Positions 1 to 10,006 are shown, numbered from the stretch's first letter. The stretch is DNA of 64,000 bases from Elusimicrobiota bacterium (GCA_027319565.1 DAHVNA010000001.1:107526-171525), one strand, 5' to 3'. The notes: generated by a model from the sequence alone, not told the origin. Numbers and translations: made by a program.

Positions 1-1
1 A

Positions 2-694
2 GATTCCATCACCACCGATCATATCTCGCCCGCGGGCTCTTTCCCGAAAGATTCTCCGGCGGGGCAGTATTTAGATGAGCGCTTGGTTTCCGTCAAGGAC
101 TTTAACTCCTACGGCTCTCGCCGGGGCAATCACGAGATCATGATGCGCGGAACTTTCGCCAACACCCGGATCAAGAATCTCATGCTCGACACTTCCGGCG
201 GATATACCCTGATTTTGCCGGAGAAAAAACAAGCCGCGATTTTTGACGCCGCCGAGGAATATCGAAAGCGAAATATCCCTCTCATTGTTTTAGCGGGGAA
301 AGAATACGGTTCCGGCTCCAGCCGCGACTGGGCGGCTAAGGGCCCGGCGCTTTTGGGGGTCAAAGCCGTCATAGCCCAAAGTTTCGAGCGCATTCACCGC
401 TCCAATTTAGTTGGCATGGGGATTTTGCCCTTGGAGTTTTTAGCCGGACAAAGCCTTCAAACCCTGGGGCTTACCGGCTTTGAGACTTTTGAAATTAAAG
501 GTATCGAAAGTCTCAGGCCGAAAAAGGAATTGTCCGTCCGCGCTCAAGACTTAAGCGGAAAAACGACCGAGTTTAAGGTCTTGGCCCGCATTGACACCGC
601 GGTCGAGCTTGAATACTGGAAATCCGGCGGGATTTTGCCATATGTCCTTGAACAAATTCTCAGCCAAGGCCAAAAACAACCCGCGCGGGTTTGA
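2..694 (+). CDS. acnA: Aconitate hydratase A, C-terminal part (gene starts before the window)
   Basis: Frame open from base 2: [12 protein letters not shown]...[21 protein letters not shown]...[16 protein letters not shown]...[14 protein letters not shown], hallmark AcnA swivel-domain motifs. Confidence 0.97.
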   Translation, partial: DSITTDHISPAGSFPKDSPAGQYLDERLVSVKDFNSYGSRRGNHEIMMRGTFANTRIKNLMLDTSGGYTLILPEKKQAAIFDAAEEYRKRNIPLIVLAGKEYGSGSSRDWAAKGPALLGVKAVIAQSFERIHRSNLVGMGILPLEFLAGQSLQTLGLTGFETFEIKGIESLRPKKELSVRAQDLSGKTTEFKVLARIDTAVELEYWKSGGILPYVLEQILSQGQKQPARV

Positions 695-701
695 TTTAGA
701 C

Positions 702-1118
702 TTAAATTTGGCCAAGGGCTTTAAGCCACTCGGGGGGTGGAGCGATGAGCTTGCGCTCTTTTAGATCGAATAGGGCAAAGACAAATTCCGCCCTGCACGC
801 GATTTTCCCGTCTTCTTGGAGTATGACCTGCTCCATTCGCGCGATTTTGCCGCGATAATCCAGACATTTCGAGCGGATGATGACGGACTCACGATTTCTA
901 AGTTCTCTCTGAAAGCGCAAATGCGCCTCTAAAACCACCGGGCCGATTTGGCGTTTTTGGATTTCATCCCTGCCGAATCCATTTTTCGTGATTAAGTCCC
1001 AACGGGCCTCCTCGAAAATCTCGAGATAAACGGCGTTGTTGACATGCCCAAAGGCGTCGAGATGGCGTTCCAAGATTGTCAGAGGATACTCATGCGCGAG
1101 GGCGGGCTTATCTTTCAT
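702..1118 (-). CDS. Acyl-CoA thioesterase, hotdog fold (YbgC/FadM/4HBT family)
   Basis: HLDAFGHVNNAVYLEIFEEAR motif; 138 aa. Confidence 0.9.
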   Translation of the reverse strand: MKDKPALAHEYPLTILERHLDAFGHVNNAVYLEIFEEARWDLITKNGFGRDEIQKRQIGPVVLEAHLRFQRELRNRESVIIRSKCLDYRGKIARMEQVILQEDGKIACRAEFVFALFDLKERKLIAPPPEWLKALGQI

Positions 1119-1119
1119 C

Positions 1120-1719
1120 TTATCTTCTCCACCAACTCAAGACGATCGCGCTTCCAAGGGGAAGCCAGAGATTGTCGTTAAAGTAGGCGGTAGTCGGCAG
1201 AAATTCAAGCGCGGTTCCAATTGCCGCGGCCACGAGAGAGGCAAAGAGCGGAAAGCCGAAAGAAAGACAGACAAGAGCGCAAACCAAAAAGCAGGCGATA
1301 CTTCCCTCAAGGGATTTGTGCCCGCCAAAAATTTTATGCGTTCCAAAAGTTTTTCCGATTAAGGCGGCCAAGGCGTCTCCCAGGGCCGCGCAAAAAAGAG
1401 AGGCCGAGACGATTTTTGGGTTTTTTCCAAAAAAGGAAATCACGATTAAAGCTCCGGCGGCGGTGTAAAAAGCGCCGCTGTAGCGGGTTTTTTCCTCGGG
1501 GCGAGAGAGACCTCTAAAGAGTTGGATTAAAAATTCGTTGAGCTTGGGAAAATAGAGCCGAGAGGCCTCTAGGAACATCAGAAATAGCGTCCATATCAGT
1601 AGCCACCTGGTAATGCGCGGATAACCAAGCAGAAAATAAGCCGCCAGATAAGCCAAGGACAAAAGGTGAAAGGCTTTTCTTCTGATTTCGAGGGACAGTT
1701 CGCTTTTTGAGACCGACAT
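1120..1719 (-). CDS. Phytol/dolichol kinase-like membrane protein (CTP-dependent polyprenol kinase family)
   Basis: EIRRKAFH, GDALAALIGK, KSLEGS and DNLWLPL motifs; multiple TM segments. Confidence 0.85.
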   Translation of the reverse strand: MSVSKSELSLEIRRKAFHLLSLAYLAAYFLLGYPRITRWLLIWTLFLMFLEASRLYFPKLNEFLIQLFRGLSRPEEKTRYSGAFYTAAGALIVISFFGKNPKIVSASLFCAALGDALAALIGKTFGTHKIFGGHKSLEGSIACFLVCALVCLSFGFPLFASLVAAAIGTALEFLPTTAYFNDNLWLPLGSAIVLSWWRR

Positions 1720-1742
1720 TGAGATTCTCTTTTATTGAAATT

Positions 1743-2903
1743 TTATTTAAACCGCGACAGGCGAAAGCGCTGAAGATTGAGGCTGGGTTTACCGCTTAGA
1801 ATCCAGTCCGATAAAATTTTTCCAATAGCGGGGGAGACGGAAAAGCCCTTTCCGTTAAACCCGGCCGCGATAAAAGCGTTCGGAAATTTTTTTAAGCGGT
1901 CGATGATAAAATCTCCGTCCTTGGTCGCGTCAAAATGGCAAAGAGAGGTCTCGGATTCTGAGTAGGAGGCGATGTCCGGGATGTGTTTTTTGAGAAAGGC
2001 CCGGCATTTTTTTTCGACAGAGGGCGGCGGGGCTTTTGACTTTTCCTCATCGGGATCGCCCAAAGGCCCGGGTTTGTAATCGACCAGTTTCATGTATCCG
2101 TGAACATGCATCGGGAATCCGCAAAAGCCCGAAGAGTTTAGGCGAAAAGCCGAGAAGTGTTCCAGGCGAAATCGCCCGGGATTTTGCGGGGGCTTGAGAT
2201 AAATCTGAAATTGCCGGGTCGGGCGAAGAGGAATGCGGTAATTCTTGAGAATTTTAGGGCTCCAGATTCCGGTCGTAAAAATGAAATTTTCAGCGGTCCA
2301 GATTTTTCCGTTTGAGTCCTTAACGCCCTTGAGCTTGCCGGATTTGTCCTCAATTAAACTGACAATCTTGACCCGCCCGTTAACCAGGGTTCCTTCTTTT
2401 TGAGCGAGGCTCGCAATCAGTGAAAGAGCCCTCTGAGCCCAGATAAATCCGCCGTCGGGATGAAAAAGAGCGCCTTTAAGCGCTTTCGCGTTAAAGACGG
2501 CGTGTTCTCGGCCGAGATCCTTTTTGTCGATCCATTCCGCGCGGATTTTCATTTTTTTTAGAGTCTCAAGGCTGTGCGTCTCAAATCCGGGGGTTTTGTT
2601 GGCTAGGTCAAGAAACCCGGTCTGGGAAAAAATAGTTTGTCCGCTCTCGGCGTTGAGTTTAAGCCAGAAGGGAAGAGACATTCGGGCTAATTCCGTGTAA
2701 AAAGAGTCTTTGCCATAAGTGAGGTAAAAGGCCCGCATGTGGTCGCCCGAGGGGGCCTTGAAATTGGGAATGTCGGCCTGATCTAAAACGGCGACCTTTT
2801 TCCGATTGGAACTGAGCCAATAGGCACTTGAGAGCCCGACGATTCCCCCTCCGATAATAAGGACGTCTAGCTTGGGAGAAACGGTCTGGCTAAGGGTTTT
2901 CAT
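1743..2903 (-). CDS. FAD-dependent oxidoreductase, monomeric sarcosine oxidase/SolA-like (DAO family)
   Basis: N-terminal IIGGGIVGLS dinucleotide-binding motif; C-terminal CHFDATKDGDFIID and GFNGKGFSVSPAIG. Confidence 0.85.
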   Translation of the reverse strand: MKTLSQTVSPKLDVLIIGGGIVGLSSAYWLSSNRKKVAVLDQADIPNFKAPSGDHMRAFYLTYGKDSFYTELARMSLPFWLKLNAESGQTIFSQTGFLDLANKTPGFETHSLETLKKMKIRAEWIDKKDLGREHAVFNAKALKGALFHPDGGFIWAQRALSLIASLAQKEGTLVNGRVKIVSLIEDKSGKLKGVKDSNGKIWTAENFIFTTGIWSPKILKNYRIPLRPTRQFQIYLKPPQNPGRFRLEHFSAFRLNSSGFCGFPMHVHGYMKLVDYKPGPLGDPDEEKSKAPPPSVEKKCRAFLKKHIPDIASYSESETSLCHFDATKDGDFIIDRLKKFPNAFIAAGFNGKGFSVSPAIGKILSDWILSGKPSLNLQRFRLSRFK

Positions 2904-3877
2904 CCGCCCCGGCGCTTTTTAATTTCGGCGATGATGAGGGGAATCAGCTCATAGAGATCGCCCACGACCGATAAGGACGCGGTTTTCATCATCGGGCATT
3001 CCGGGTCGGTGTTTAAGGCGAGAATGGTTCCGGAAGAGGACATGCCCGCCAGATGCTGGATCTGTCCAGATATTCCACAGGCGACATAGAGCTTGGGATG
3101 AACGGTTTTTCCCGTCAGCCCCACCTGATGGCTATAGGCAATCCATCCCGCGTCGACGGCTGCGCGGGAAGCCCCGACGGCGGCTTTAAGAGCGCTGGCG
3201 AGTTCGCGGATGATTTTAAATCCTTCTGCGTTTCCCAGTCCCCGTCCTCCGCTGACGATGCGTTCCGCGGTCCCAAGATCGATTTCAGAAGAAGACTCAG
3301 GTTGAAAGGAAACATATTCCATTGGAGATTCCTTGGGCTCAAAGGGGATAGCGACAATCGGAGGCGGGTTACCGCTTTTTTCCGCCTGCGGAAAAACCAT
3401 GGGTAGCACAATGAGGAGAGTCGTTTCCTGGGTTCCGACGAGTGTCGCCAAGGCGTTTCCGCTGTAAGATGAGCGCTTGGCTTTGAGCTTGCCGTTTTCC
3501 ATTCCGACTTCGGCGATGTCGACGGCCAGTCCCGCCTTGATTTTAGGGCTTAACAGCGCGGCGAGAGATTTTCCGAAAATCGTTCCGGGGAAAAGAACCG
3601 CGCTAAATTTATTGCCCTCAAGGATTTTTAAAATCGCCTGCGCATAAATTTCGTCATTATTTTGTCCGAGTTTCGGATGTTCGAGCGCGAAAACTTTTTC
3701 GATGCCGGGAACGTTGAGGTTTTGAGCCAGGGCCTGGGCTTTATCGCTGATGACGGAGGCAAAGACTTTGCCTTGCATTTGAGCTGCCAGGGTTTTAGCC
3801 GCGCTTAAAACTTCAAAAGCGCTTGAGGGCAACGCCCCCTGTTGAGAAAGACAGACCGCCAGAATTTGATTTTCCAT
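2900..3877 (-). CDS. etfA: Electron transfer flavoprotein alpha subunit
   Basis: IVSGGRGLG, AVGASRAAVDAGW, QVGLTGKTV, GISGQIQHLAGM motifs. Confidence 0.96.
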   Translation of the reverse strand: MENQILAVCLSQQGALPSSAFEVLSAAKTLAAQMQGKVFASVISDKAQALAQNLNVPGIEKVFALEHPKLGQNNDEIYAQAILKILEGNKFSAVLFPGTIFGKSLAALLSPKIKAGLAVDIAEVGMENGKLKAKRSSYSGNALATLVGTQETTLLIVLPMVFPQAEKSGNPPPIVAIPFEPKESPMEYVSFQPESSSEIDLGTAERIVSGGRGLGNAEGFKIIRELASALKAAVGASRAAVDAGWIAYSHQVGLTGKTVHPKLYVACGISGQIQHLAGMSSSGTILALNTDPECPMMKTASLSVVGDLYELIPLIIAEIKKRRGG

Positions 3878-4683
3878 TAGACCAGTTTCCTTTCGATGAG
3901 AATATCGACTAGTTTTTTCGCCTTTTCGGCGGCGCTGGAACCTTCGATTTTAAGTCCGGCCGGCCTGGGGGGCGGGGCGGAAAATTTTTCGATTTTGAGA
4001 GGTTCTAAAGTGGAGCTAAAATCCTCCGCTTTAAGGCCGATGTCTTGCGCCGTCCATTTGGGAATGACGGCTTTTTTAGACGCCATTTTTCCTTTAAGAG
4101 AGGGGAGCCTCGGCTCGTTGATTTCTTTAATGGTCCCAACGCAGGCGGGGAGCTTGAGTTTTAAAACATCCACTCCATTTTCAACCGCGCGCCAGACGAC
4201 CGCCTCCGCGGAATTGATGGAATCAATTTTCTTGACTGAAATGGCCGCCGGCCAGTTGAGCCATCCGGCGATTTGAGCGGCCGTGACTCCGGCATTTCCA
4301 TCGCTGGCGTTTTTGCCAAACAAAACCAGGTGAACGGGGGTTTCCGCATGAATTTTTTTAAGGGCCTGGGCCAAGGCATGGCTGGTTCCATATGAATTAT
4401 GCGTGTCGCATTCCGGGATATTGAGCCAAACGGCCTTGTCACAGCCGCGGGCGATCGCTTCGCGGAGCACCGCTTCGACGTGTTCCGGCCCCAGCGAAAG
4501 AGCCGTGACGGTCGAACCGGGGTTTTTTTCCTTGATCCGAATGGCTTCTTCAACCGCGTACTCATCAAAGGGGTTCATCGCATAAGACAACCCCGCTGTT
4601 TTGATTTTCCCCGCGGATTCATCAATTGAGACATTGACGGTAGTAGGCGTGCTTTTGACGCAGACGACGATGTGAAGGCTCAT
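3877..4683 (-). CDS. etfB: Electron transfer flavoprotein beta subunit
   Basis: IVVCVK, MNPFDEYAVEEA, NEPRLPSLKG motifs; SD GAGGAG upstream; TAATG stop/start overlap with etfA. Confidence 0.96.
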   Translation of the reverse strand: MSLHIVVCVKSTPTTVNVSIDESAGKIKTAGLSYAMNPFDEYAVEEAIRIKEKNPGSTVTALSLGPEHVEAVLREAIARGCDKAVWLNIPECDTHNSYGTSHALAQALKKIHAETPVHLVLFGKNASDGNAGVTAAQIAGWLNWPAAISVKKIDSINSAEAVVWRAVENGVDVLKLKLPACVGTIKEINEPRLPSLKGKMASKKAVIPKWTAQDIGLKAEDFSSTLEPLKIEKFSAPPPRPAGLKIEGSSAAEKAKKLVDILIERKLV

Positions 4684-4707
4684 GGTTATCTCCTCAAAAC
4701 AAAACCG

Positions 4708-4791
4708 TGGTTGGGATAGGATTCGAACCTATGTAGGGCAGGGCCCGACGGTTTTACAGACCGTTGCTTTTGACCGCTCAGCCACCCAACC
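4708..4791 (-). tRNA. tRNA-Tyr (anticodon GTA), long variable arm, 3' CCA not encoded
   Basis: Reverse complement GGTTGGG-TGGCTGAGCGGTCAAAAGCA-ACGGT CTGTAAA ACCGT-CGGGCCCTGCCCTAC-ATAGG TTCGAAT CCTAT-CCCAACC-A folds as a cloverleaf. Confidence 0.96.
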
Positions 4792-4849
4792 AAAACGACC
4801 CTTCCATGATAGCTTTTTCGTTTTTTACTTCGCAAATAAGCCGAGGCAA

Positions 4850-7039
4850 TCAGATGTTGCGGTGGGTCAGTGAGCGGATGTCCGCGCTGAATTGACGTTT
4901 TTGGGCAATTTTAGGAAAACTTTGTTTGATCGCTTTAAATATCGGGAAAAGGGATTTTGGCGTGATTCCGGATTGATTTCTGAGCGCCCACAATTTTTGG
5001 CTGAGGGCAGTTCCAATAGCGACGGCATTGGGTCTGTCCGCAAATTGATTCCACCAGTGGATTAAGGCTTGAGAATCCTTCAGTCCCTGATAAGCTCGGA
5101 CGGCTTGATTGATTTCGCGCTCGGCTAGGGGACTTGAGCTTAAAGCGTTATTCTGGGGAAGGCTTTTTATTTTACCGGAGGCGATGGCTTCGGCTAGCGA
5201 AATCGTTGATTGAATTTGGGAATGGTTTGGATATTTCAAGGCGTAAATCCATCCAGATTGAGACAAGGTGTCAAAACCGGCTTCTTTTAAAAGTTCGGGA
5301 ACGCTCTTTGTTCCAGAGTTTTGCAAGACCAGAAGAACGGTCCCCGGGGCCTGGGGATTTCCCATATCCACAAAAAAGACGGGCTTTTTAAGAGACTGAG
5401 CGGCGCGTTTAAGGGCTTTAAATAAAAAGGCGATGGAAGAAGAATAAATCCTTTCGGTCCAGTAAGACAGAATTTTTGAGTTAGCTAGGGAAGAGGGAGC
5501 GTCTTTGAGGGTTTGAGTTAAATCCGAAAGTCCTTGAGCGCCGGAAAAATCTCCGCTGAGATTTTGATAGGCCTGGGCTAGGTTTTCCGCGCTTGAAAGT
5601 CCCGGGCGGCGCTTAAAGTCAAAATAGGGACTATTAATCGATTCAAGATTTAAAAACGCGATGGGAAAACTCGATTTAAAGTTTTGCGGCGGCGCAAAAA
5701 CGAGAGAAGCGATTTTTTGAAAATGGGGATTATGCGTTTTAAATTTAATTTCATTTCCAAGGTTGACGGGTTGGGGCGCGCGAAACATCGCAAGGGTTTG
5801 CCAGAACCAATCCCATAATATTCGAGTTTCAATGGCGGCGGAATATCGGGCGGCGGCCCAGGCGGCGGATAAGGGAGATTGTCTCCCTAAGCGCCTTTCA
5901 AGATCGTAAAAAGCCTTCCAGCTCAAATCAAGGGCGGGAGAAAAAATTTCTTGAGCGCCGAAAATCAAAGCCAGATTTCCCGCAGAGCCTGCTTGCCGCG
6001 GCAATAATTGGATAGAAAGAGAGAGAGGAAACGGCGGCAGAATCGCCTTGAATTGTCCGGAGGAAATCTTTTCCATTCGGAGTCTGGAAGTAAAAGAATC
6101 GGGAGGAAGAGTTTCTTTAAGGGCGGAGCGGTTAAGATTTTGAAGATAGTCGAGCGTTTTTGGCCAGTTGCTGATCAGCGGCTTTTTGCGGGTTCCTAAA
6201 AGATCATTCCAGGATTTAAAAGCTTTCATTTCGCGCTTAAAGGTAGGATCCTCGCGCTCAAGCGCCGCCTGGGCGGTTTCTTCTAAGAGTTGAGACAGGG
6301 CTATCTTGGCTTTTTTCGCGGCCGCTCGCATTATGATCCGATCTAAAAACGAAACGGTCAAAGGAGATAATTCCCTTTTTTTCGCGGCCTTTTTGGCTAT
6401 CGAGAGGGAGGCTTGAAATAAAACAGGGGCGTCAATGGCGGAAGCGGAATCGGCGACGGAGGCGGCTTGATAGACGCGGTCAAAGGCGTTTTCGGTTTTC
6501 CCCTCGACCATATGCGATTGGGACTTTGCTCGGCTCTTATGCCCGGCAATTTCGCGGTCGAAGATTTTTCGCAGCTGCTTTTGAAGCTCTTCAACCTCCG
6601 CGGGGTTTGCGTTTTGATTTGAGTTTTGAAGAGAACCCAAACTCGATTTTGGGCTCGTCCATTCCGGACTTCCCGGCGGAACCCCGATAGGGAGATGAAC
6701 GTTTTTTGCTTGAGACTGAACGGGCGGGATAGAAGGATTAGTTTGAGAAGGAGATGCTTGACTCGCAGGAGCGGAGTTTGTTTTTTGCGTTTGAGCCGCC
6801 GCCGGGGTTTGGGCCGGCAAAATGATTGGATCGTTTTGGATTTGAACGCTGGGGAGAGTTTGAGATTGAGAGGGTAGTTGAGTCTGAATTTGATTTTGCT
6901 CAATTCCGAGGTCCTGATCCGAGTTCTGGGGTTGGGAGAGAACGGGCGAATCATTGCTTGCGGGAGTTTCTATTTTTATCTGAGGGCCAGCCTGGGCCTT
7001 CCAAGAAGCGAGAGACAAGAGTAAGAAAATTGTCCGCAT
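4850..7039 (-). CDS. Hypothetical exported protein (signal peptide plus Gln/Pro/Ser-rich linker)
   Basis: 729-aa ORF; MRTIFLLLSLASWKAQA signal-like N-terminus; no recognised domain. Confidence 0.7.
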   Translation of the reverse strand: MRTIFLLLSLASWKAQAGPQIKIETPASNDSPVLSQPQNSDQDLGIEQNQIQTQLPSQSQTLPSVQIQNDPIILPAQTPAAAQTQKTNSAPASQASPSQTNPSIPPVQSQAKNVHLPIGVPPGSPEWTSPKSSLGSLQNSNQNANPAEVEELQKQLRKIFDREIAGHKSRAKSQSHMVEGKTENAFDRVYQAASVADSASAIDAPVLFQASLSIAKKAAKKRELSPLTVSFLDRIIMRAAAKKAKIALSQLLEETAQAALEREDPTFKREMKAFKSWNDLLGTRKKPLISNWPKTLDYLQNLNRSALKETLPPDSFTSRLRMEKISSGQFKAILPPFPLSLSIQLLPRQAGSAGNLALIFGAQEIFSPALDLSWKAFYDLERRLGRQSPLSAAWAAARYSAAIETRILWDWFWQTLAMFRAPQPVNLGNEIKFKTHNPHFQKIASLVFAPPQNFKSSFPIAFLNLESINSPYFDFKRRPGLSSAENLAQAYQNLSGDFSGAQGLSDLTQTLKDAPSSLANSKILSYWTERIYSSSIAFLFKALKRAAQSLKKPVFFVDMGNPQAPGTVLLVLQNSGTKSVPELLKEAGFDTLSQSGWIYALKYPNHSQIQSTISLAEAIASGKIKSLPQNNALSSSPLAEREINQAVRAYQGLKDSQALIHWWNQFADRPNAVAIGTALSQKLWALRNQSGITPKSLFPIFKAIKQSFPKIAQKRQFSADIRSLTHRNI

Positions 7040-7044
7040 ACTTT

Positions 7045-7053
7045 ATTGTATCA
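7045..7053 (-). promoter_or_regulatory. Extended -10 box TGaTACAAT 5 nt before the start codon (putative leaderless promoter)
   Basis: Reverse complement TGATACAAT-AAAGT-ATG; no SD. Confidence 0.5.
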
Positions 7054-7071
7054 AGTTGGGGGCGCAATCCT

Positions 7072-9105
7072 TTAGTGGAGACTGTAGAGGCATATTCCGC
7101 CTAAGCAGTGCAGTGGATGAAGGCGATTTAAAAGGCCGTTGACCAAGAGGTTTGATCTTCGGTAATAAGATTGATCTCCTTTGTAGTTTCCAATATAAGG
7201 GTTATAGAGGATGTGGGTAAACCCCAGGGCTAATAATTCTTGGCGCAATTGCCGCCAGTCGGCGATGGAGTTGTAATCGAGAACTCCGGGGTTTAAAGGA
7301 TCGCCCCAGGCGTATTGGGGGTTGAGATAATAGCCCCTGACATCCCGGAAAAGAAAAATTTTAGAATTTAGCGGCAGATGATTGGCGGCTTGACTCATCA
7401 AATACCAAGGCCCGAGACTTTTTTCAAGATAATGCCGGGCGGGCGGCTCTAGAGCGGCATCGAGGTTTAAAAAGGCATACATTTCGTTGTTCAAAGACAA
7501 TTTCTTCAAGGGCCAGAGGCCAATTAAAAGCGCGGAAAATGCCAGGGTTCGCAAGAACGGTTTTTCTCCGAGGAGTTGGGAACTCCAGGCGCCGATTAAA
7601 ACCGCCAAGATCGCGGCCGCCGGTAAAAAATAGCGCCAGTCCTGGTAGACATAAAACCAAACCGTGTAGAAGAAAAAGATAAAGAGAAGAATTTTTTTCT
7701 CGATCGCTTCGAGAGACGGGCGCCGGATGAGACGAACGGAGAGCAAAATGAAAAAAGGAATCATCATCCACTGCGGCTGGTGGAGAAAGGTCTTGGGTTT
7801 TAAAATAAGGACAAAGGGGACGCTTAAATAATGAACGAAGGTTTTGGAGACTCCTTCGGTCACTGACGCAGATAAGCGCTTCCAGGCCGCCATATCCGGG
7901 GCGCTGGCATGAAAAAATTGTCCCAAATAGGGCCAGACCGGGTTTCCAGTTTGAATCCAATTTTTTAAATACCAGGGAAATCCCAAAAGAAAGACTCCGC
8001 TTCCGTAGAGAAAAATTTCTTTTGCCTTCTCAAGGACGGAATCGGAATTTTGGATTAAAATCAGAGCGCCTAAAGCTGCGATGGCCCATAGCCCGGTAAT
8101 TTTCGCGCTGGCGGCAAGGCCGCTTAAGAGCCCGCAGAGAAATAAGAGCCGCTTGCGTTCTCGTGAAAGCGGTTCTCGCGATAAGATGAGAAAAACAAAA
8201 ACAGCGGCGGCGATGGTTTGGGCGATGTTGAGGTCTGTTTCCGCGTTTCCTATGACCCGTTGAAATAACGGCTGAACCGATAAAAGAGCGCAAGAAATTT
8301 CCGCCGCTCTATTTCCAAAGAAACGCCGGGCAATCAGCCATGCCGCGGCCAAAAGTCCAAGGCCGTTGATAAAATTAACGATGTGGGCGGCGCGGGCGCC
8401 GATGAAGGCCAAGCACAAGAGATAAATCATTTCGGCTCCAAGGGGATAATGGGCATTGGCTGACCATCTTAAGTTGACCAAGGCCTTGTCATGGAGAAAA
8501 ATTTTGGGAAGAGCCAGATGATAAGCCAAGGAGTCCCAATCGGTGTCCGGGGCTGAGCTAGCGATAAAGCCTCGCAAAAGGGCGGCAAAAATGGCGGTCC
8601 AGCAAAGAATGGATATCCAATCTCTTTTCTCGTGAGAGGAATCTCTAATTTTTTGGACGGCTTTGGCGAAAAAATTTCTTTCTCGCCAGGCTCCCCAACA
8701 GAGAAATGCAAAGAGGCTCAATAATACCGCGCTTGTGTAAAGAGAAAGAAGACCGAGACTGAAGATGAGTAGAGAAATTAATCCCTCCCCGATAACCAAC
8801 GATAGAAATAATTTTTCCGGCGTCTCTAAAACTTCTGAAATCTCAAGCGAATCTAGGATGGCGCGGCCTAAAGATAAAAAGCCAAGGGCGAGGATGAGGG
8901 CGAAAACGACGCTAGCGGTAAAATGAAAAAATCCGTTGAGACTCCTGAGAGTTAAAGCGTTCGGATGCGAAAATAAATAGGACAGGCAATAGCGGCTTTG
9001 AAATAAAACAAAGGCGAGCGCGAGAAAAAAAGATAAAAATAGGTTAATTTTGGCTTGAGAGCTTATCTGAAATTTTTTCGCGCAATTCAAGGATCGCTCG
9101 AACAT
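7072..9105 (-). CDS. GT-C fold membrane glycosyltransferase (ArnT/PMT-like, family 39/83)
   Basis: Many TM helices; DWDSLAYHLALPK, YPLGAEM, GLAASAKITG, PWYLKNWIQTGNPVWP, WRYFLP motifs; start uncertain (62-nt overlap with mltB). Confidence 0.75.
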   Translation of the reverse strand: MFERSLNCAKKFQISSQAKINLFLSFFLALAFVLFQSRYCLSYLFSHPNALTLRSLNGFFHFTASVVFALILALGFLSLGRAILDSLEISEVLETPEKLFLSLVIGEGLISLLIFSLGLLSLYTSAVLLSLFAFLCWGAWRERNFFAKAVQKIRDSSHEKRDWISILCWTAIFAALLRGFIASSAPDTDWDSLAYHLALPKIFLHDKALVNLRWSANAHYPLGAEMIYLLCLAFIGARAAHIVNFINGLGLLAAAWLIARRFFGNRAAEISCALLSVQPLFQRVIGNAETDLNIAQTIAAAVFVFLILSREPLSRERKRLLFLCGLLSGLAASAKITGLWAIAALGALILIQNSDSVLEKAKEIFLYGSGVFLLGFPWYLKNWIQTGNPVWPYLGQFFHASAPDMAAWKRLSASVTEGVSKTFVHYLSVPFVLILKPKTFLHQPQWMMIPFFILLSVRLIRRPSLEAIEKKILLFIFFFYTVWFYVYQDWRYFLPAAAILAVLIGAWSSQLLGEKPFLRTLAFSALLIGLWPLKKLSLNNEMYAFLNLDAALEPPARHYLEKSLGPWYLMSQAANHLPLNSKIFLFRDVRGYYLNPQYAWGDPLNPGVLDYNSIADWRQLRQELLALGFTHILYNPYIGNYKGDQSYYRRSNLLVNGLLNRLHPLHCLGGICLYSLH

Positions 9106-9952
9106 AGTTGTCGGAAGGGTTGTAGGCGTAAATCGAGTTCCAGATCGGAGATCCCGGGCTGGAATCTCCGGCGGCGTATCCGTGGGCTATGAGGTAGTGG
9201 GCGACGCTGGCTAAAACGTCGGGCCAACTCTTCCAGTTTTTAACTCCGTCCCCATCGAAATCGACGGCATATGTATTGTAGCTGGACGGCATGAATTGAA
9301 AATATCCGAAAGCTCCGGCGTAGGAACCCTTGATGGATTGAGGACGAATGTTTCCTTTATAACAAAGCTCCATGTAAGCGGCCAGTTCTTGCCGAGCCCA
9401 ATCGGATAAGGCCGGGATCTTGGCCGCGATGGTGTAAAGGGCCGATAGGACCGGAATGCTTCCGGTGACATGTCCCCAGCGCGTTTCAACCCCGACCAAG
9501 CTGACTAAAATAAGAGGATCGACGGGATAATCGTTTTGGATTTGAGACAAAAGTTCCGCATGTTTTTGATAAAAAGCGGCGCCGTAATCGATATTGGCCT
9601 TGGTCATGAATCTTTTGCGGTATTCTTTATAGGGCATTTTCTCGGCGGGGCGGTGGAATAAGCCGATAATTGCGGGGATGATCTTCGTCTTTGGATTAAA
9701 CAAGGCTCTGTGGACAAAGGAGTTGGGGACATTAGAATCGGAGAGACGATGGATGATATCTCGATAAATGGTTTCTTTGCTGAGGGCTTTTTTACTCTCG
9801 GTCAAAGAGGAGCTTTTTTGCCTGAGGAGAATTTGAATCTGATTGATCTGATTGAAAAATGCGGAATCATCCTGCGGGAGTTCTGCCGCTTGAGAGAGGA
9901 GAACATTTCCGAGGACCAATATCAAGGACAGAGATAATTTTTTCCTATTCAT
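9044..9952 (-). CDS. mltB: Lytic murein transglycosylase B family protein
   Basis: LVGVETRWG, GSYAGAFGYFQFMPSSY, AVDFDGDG, YNPSDNY; signal peptide. Confidence 0.92.
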   Translation of the reverse strand: MNRKKLSLSLILVLGNVLLSQAAELPQDDSAFFNQINQIQILLRQKSSSLTESKKALSKETIYRDIIHRLSDSNVPNSFVHRALFNPKTKIIPAIIGLFHRPAEKMPYKEYRKRFMTKANIDYGAAFYQKHAELLSQIQNDYPVDPLILVSLVGVETRWGHVTGSIPVLSALYTIAAKIPALSDWARQELAAYMELCYKGNIRPQSIKGSYAGAFGYFQFMPSSYNTYAVDFDGDGVKNWKSWPDVLASVAHYLIAHGYAAGDSSPGSPIWNSIYAYNPSDNYVRAILELREKISDKLSSQN

Positions 9953-9958
9953 AATTTA

Positions 9959-10006
9959 AGTTTAGCATAGAAAGTCTTACATAAGACCATGATAAATTCC
10001 TATCAT
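9959..10006. promoter_or_regulatory. Divergent promoter region with two -10 boxes and a central 14-bp palindrome
   Basis: Minus strand TGcTAAACT 6 nt before the mltB ATG; plus strand TATCAT 7 nt before ATG 10014; GTCTTA-CA-TAAGAC at 9974-9987. Confidence 0.5.

Noticed and set aside
4708..4850. tRNA-Tyr as an integration site for an island
   Set aside because: No integrase in the window and I saw no duplicated tRNA 3' end
9044..9105. 62-nt overlap between mltB and the GT-C gene
   Set aside because: Probably start-codon uncertainty; nothing supports a functional overlap
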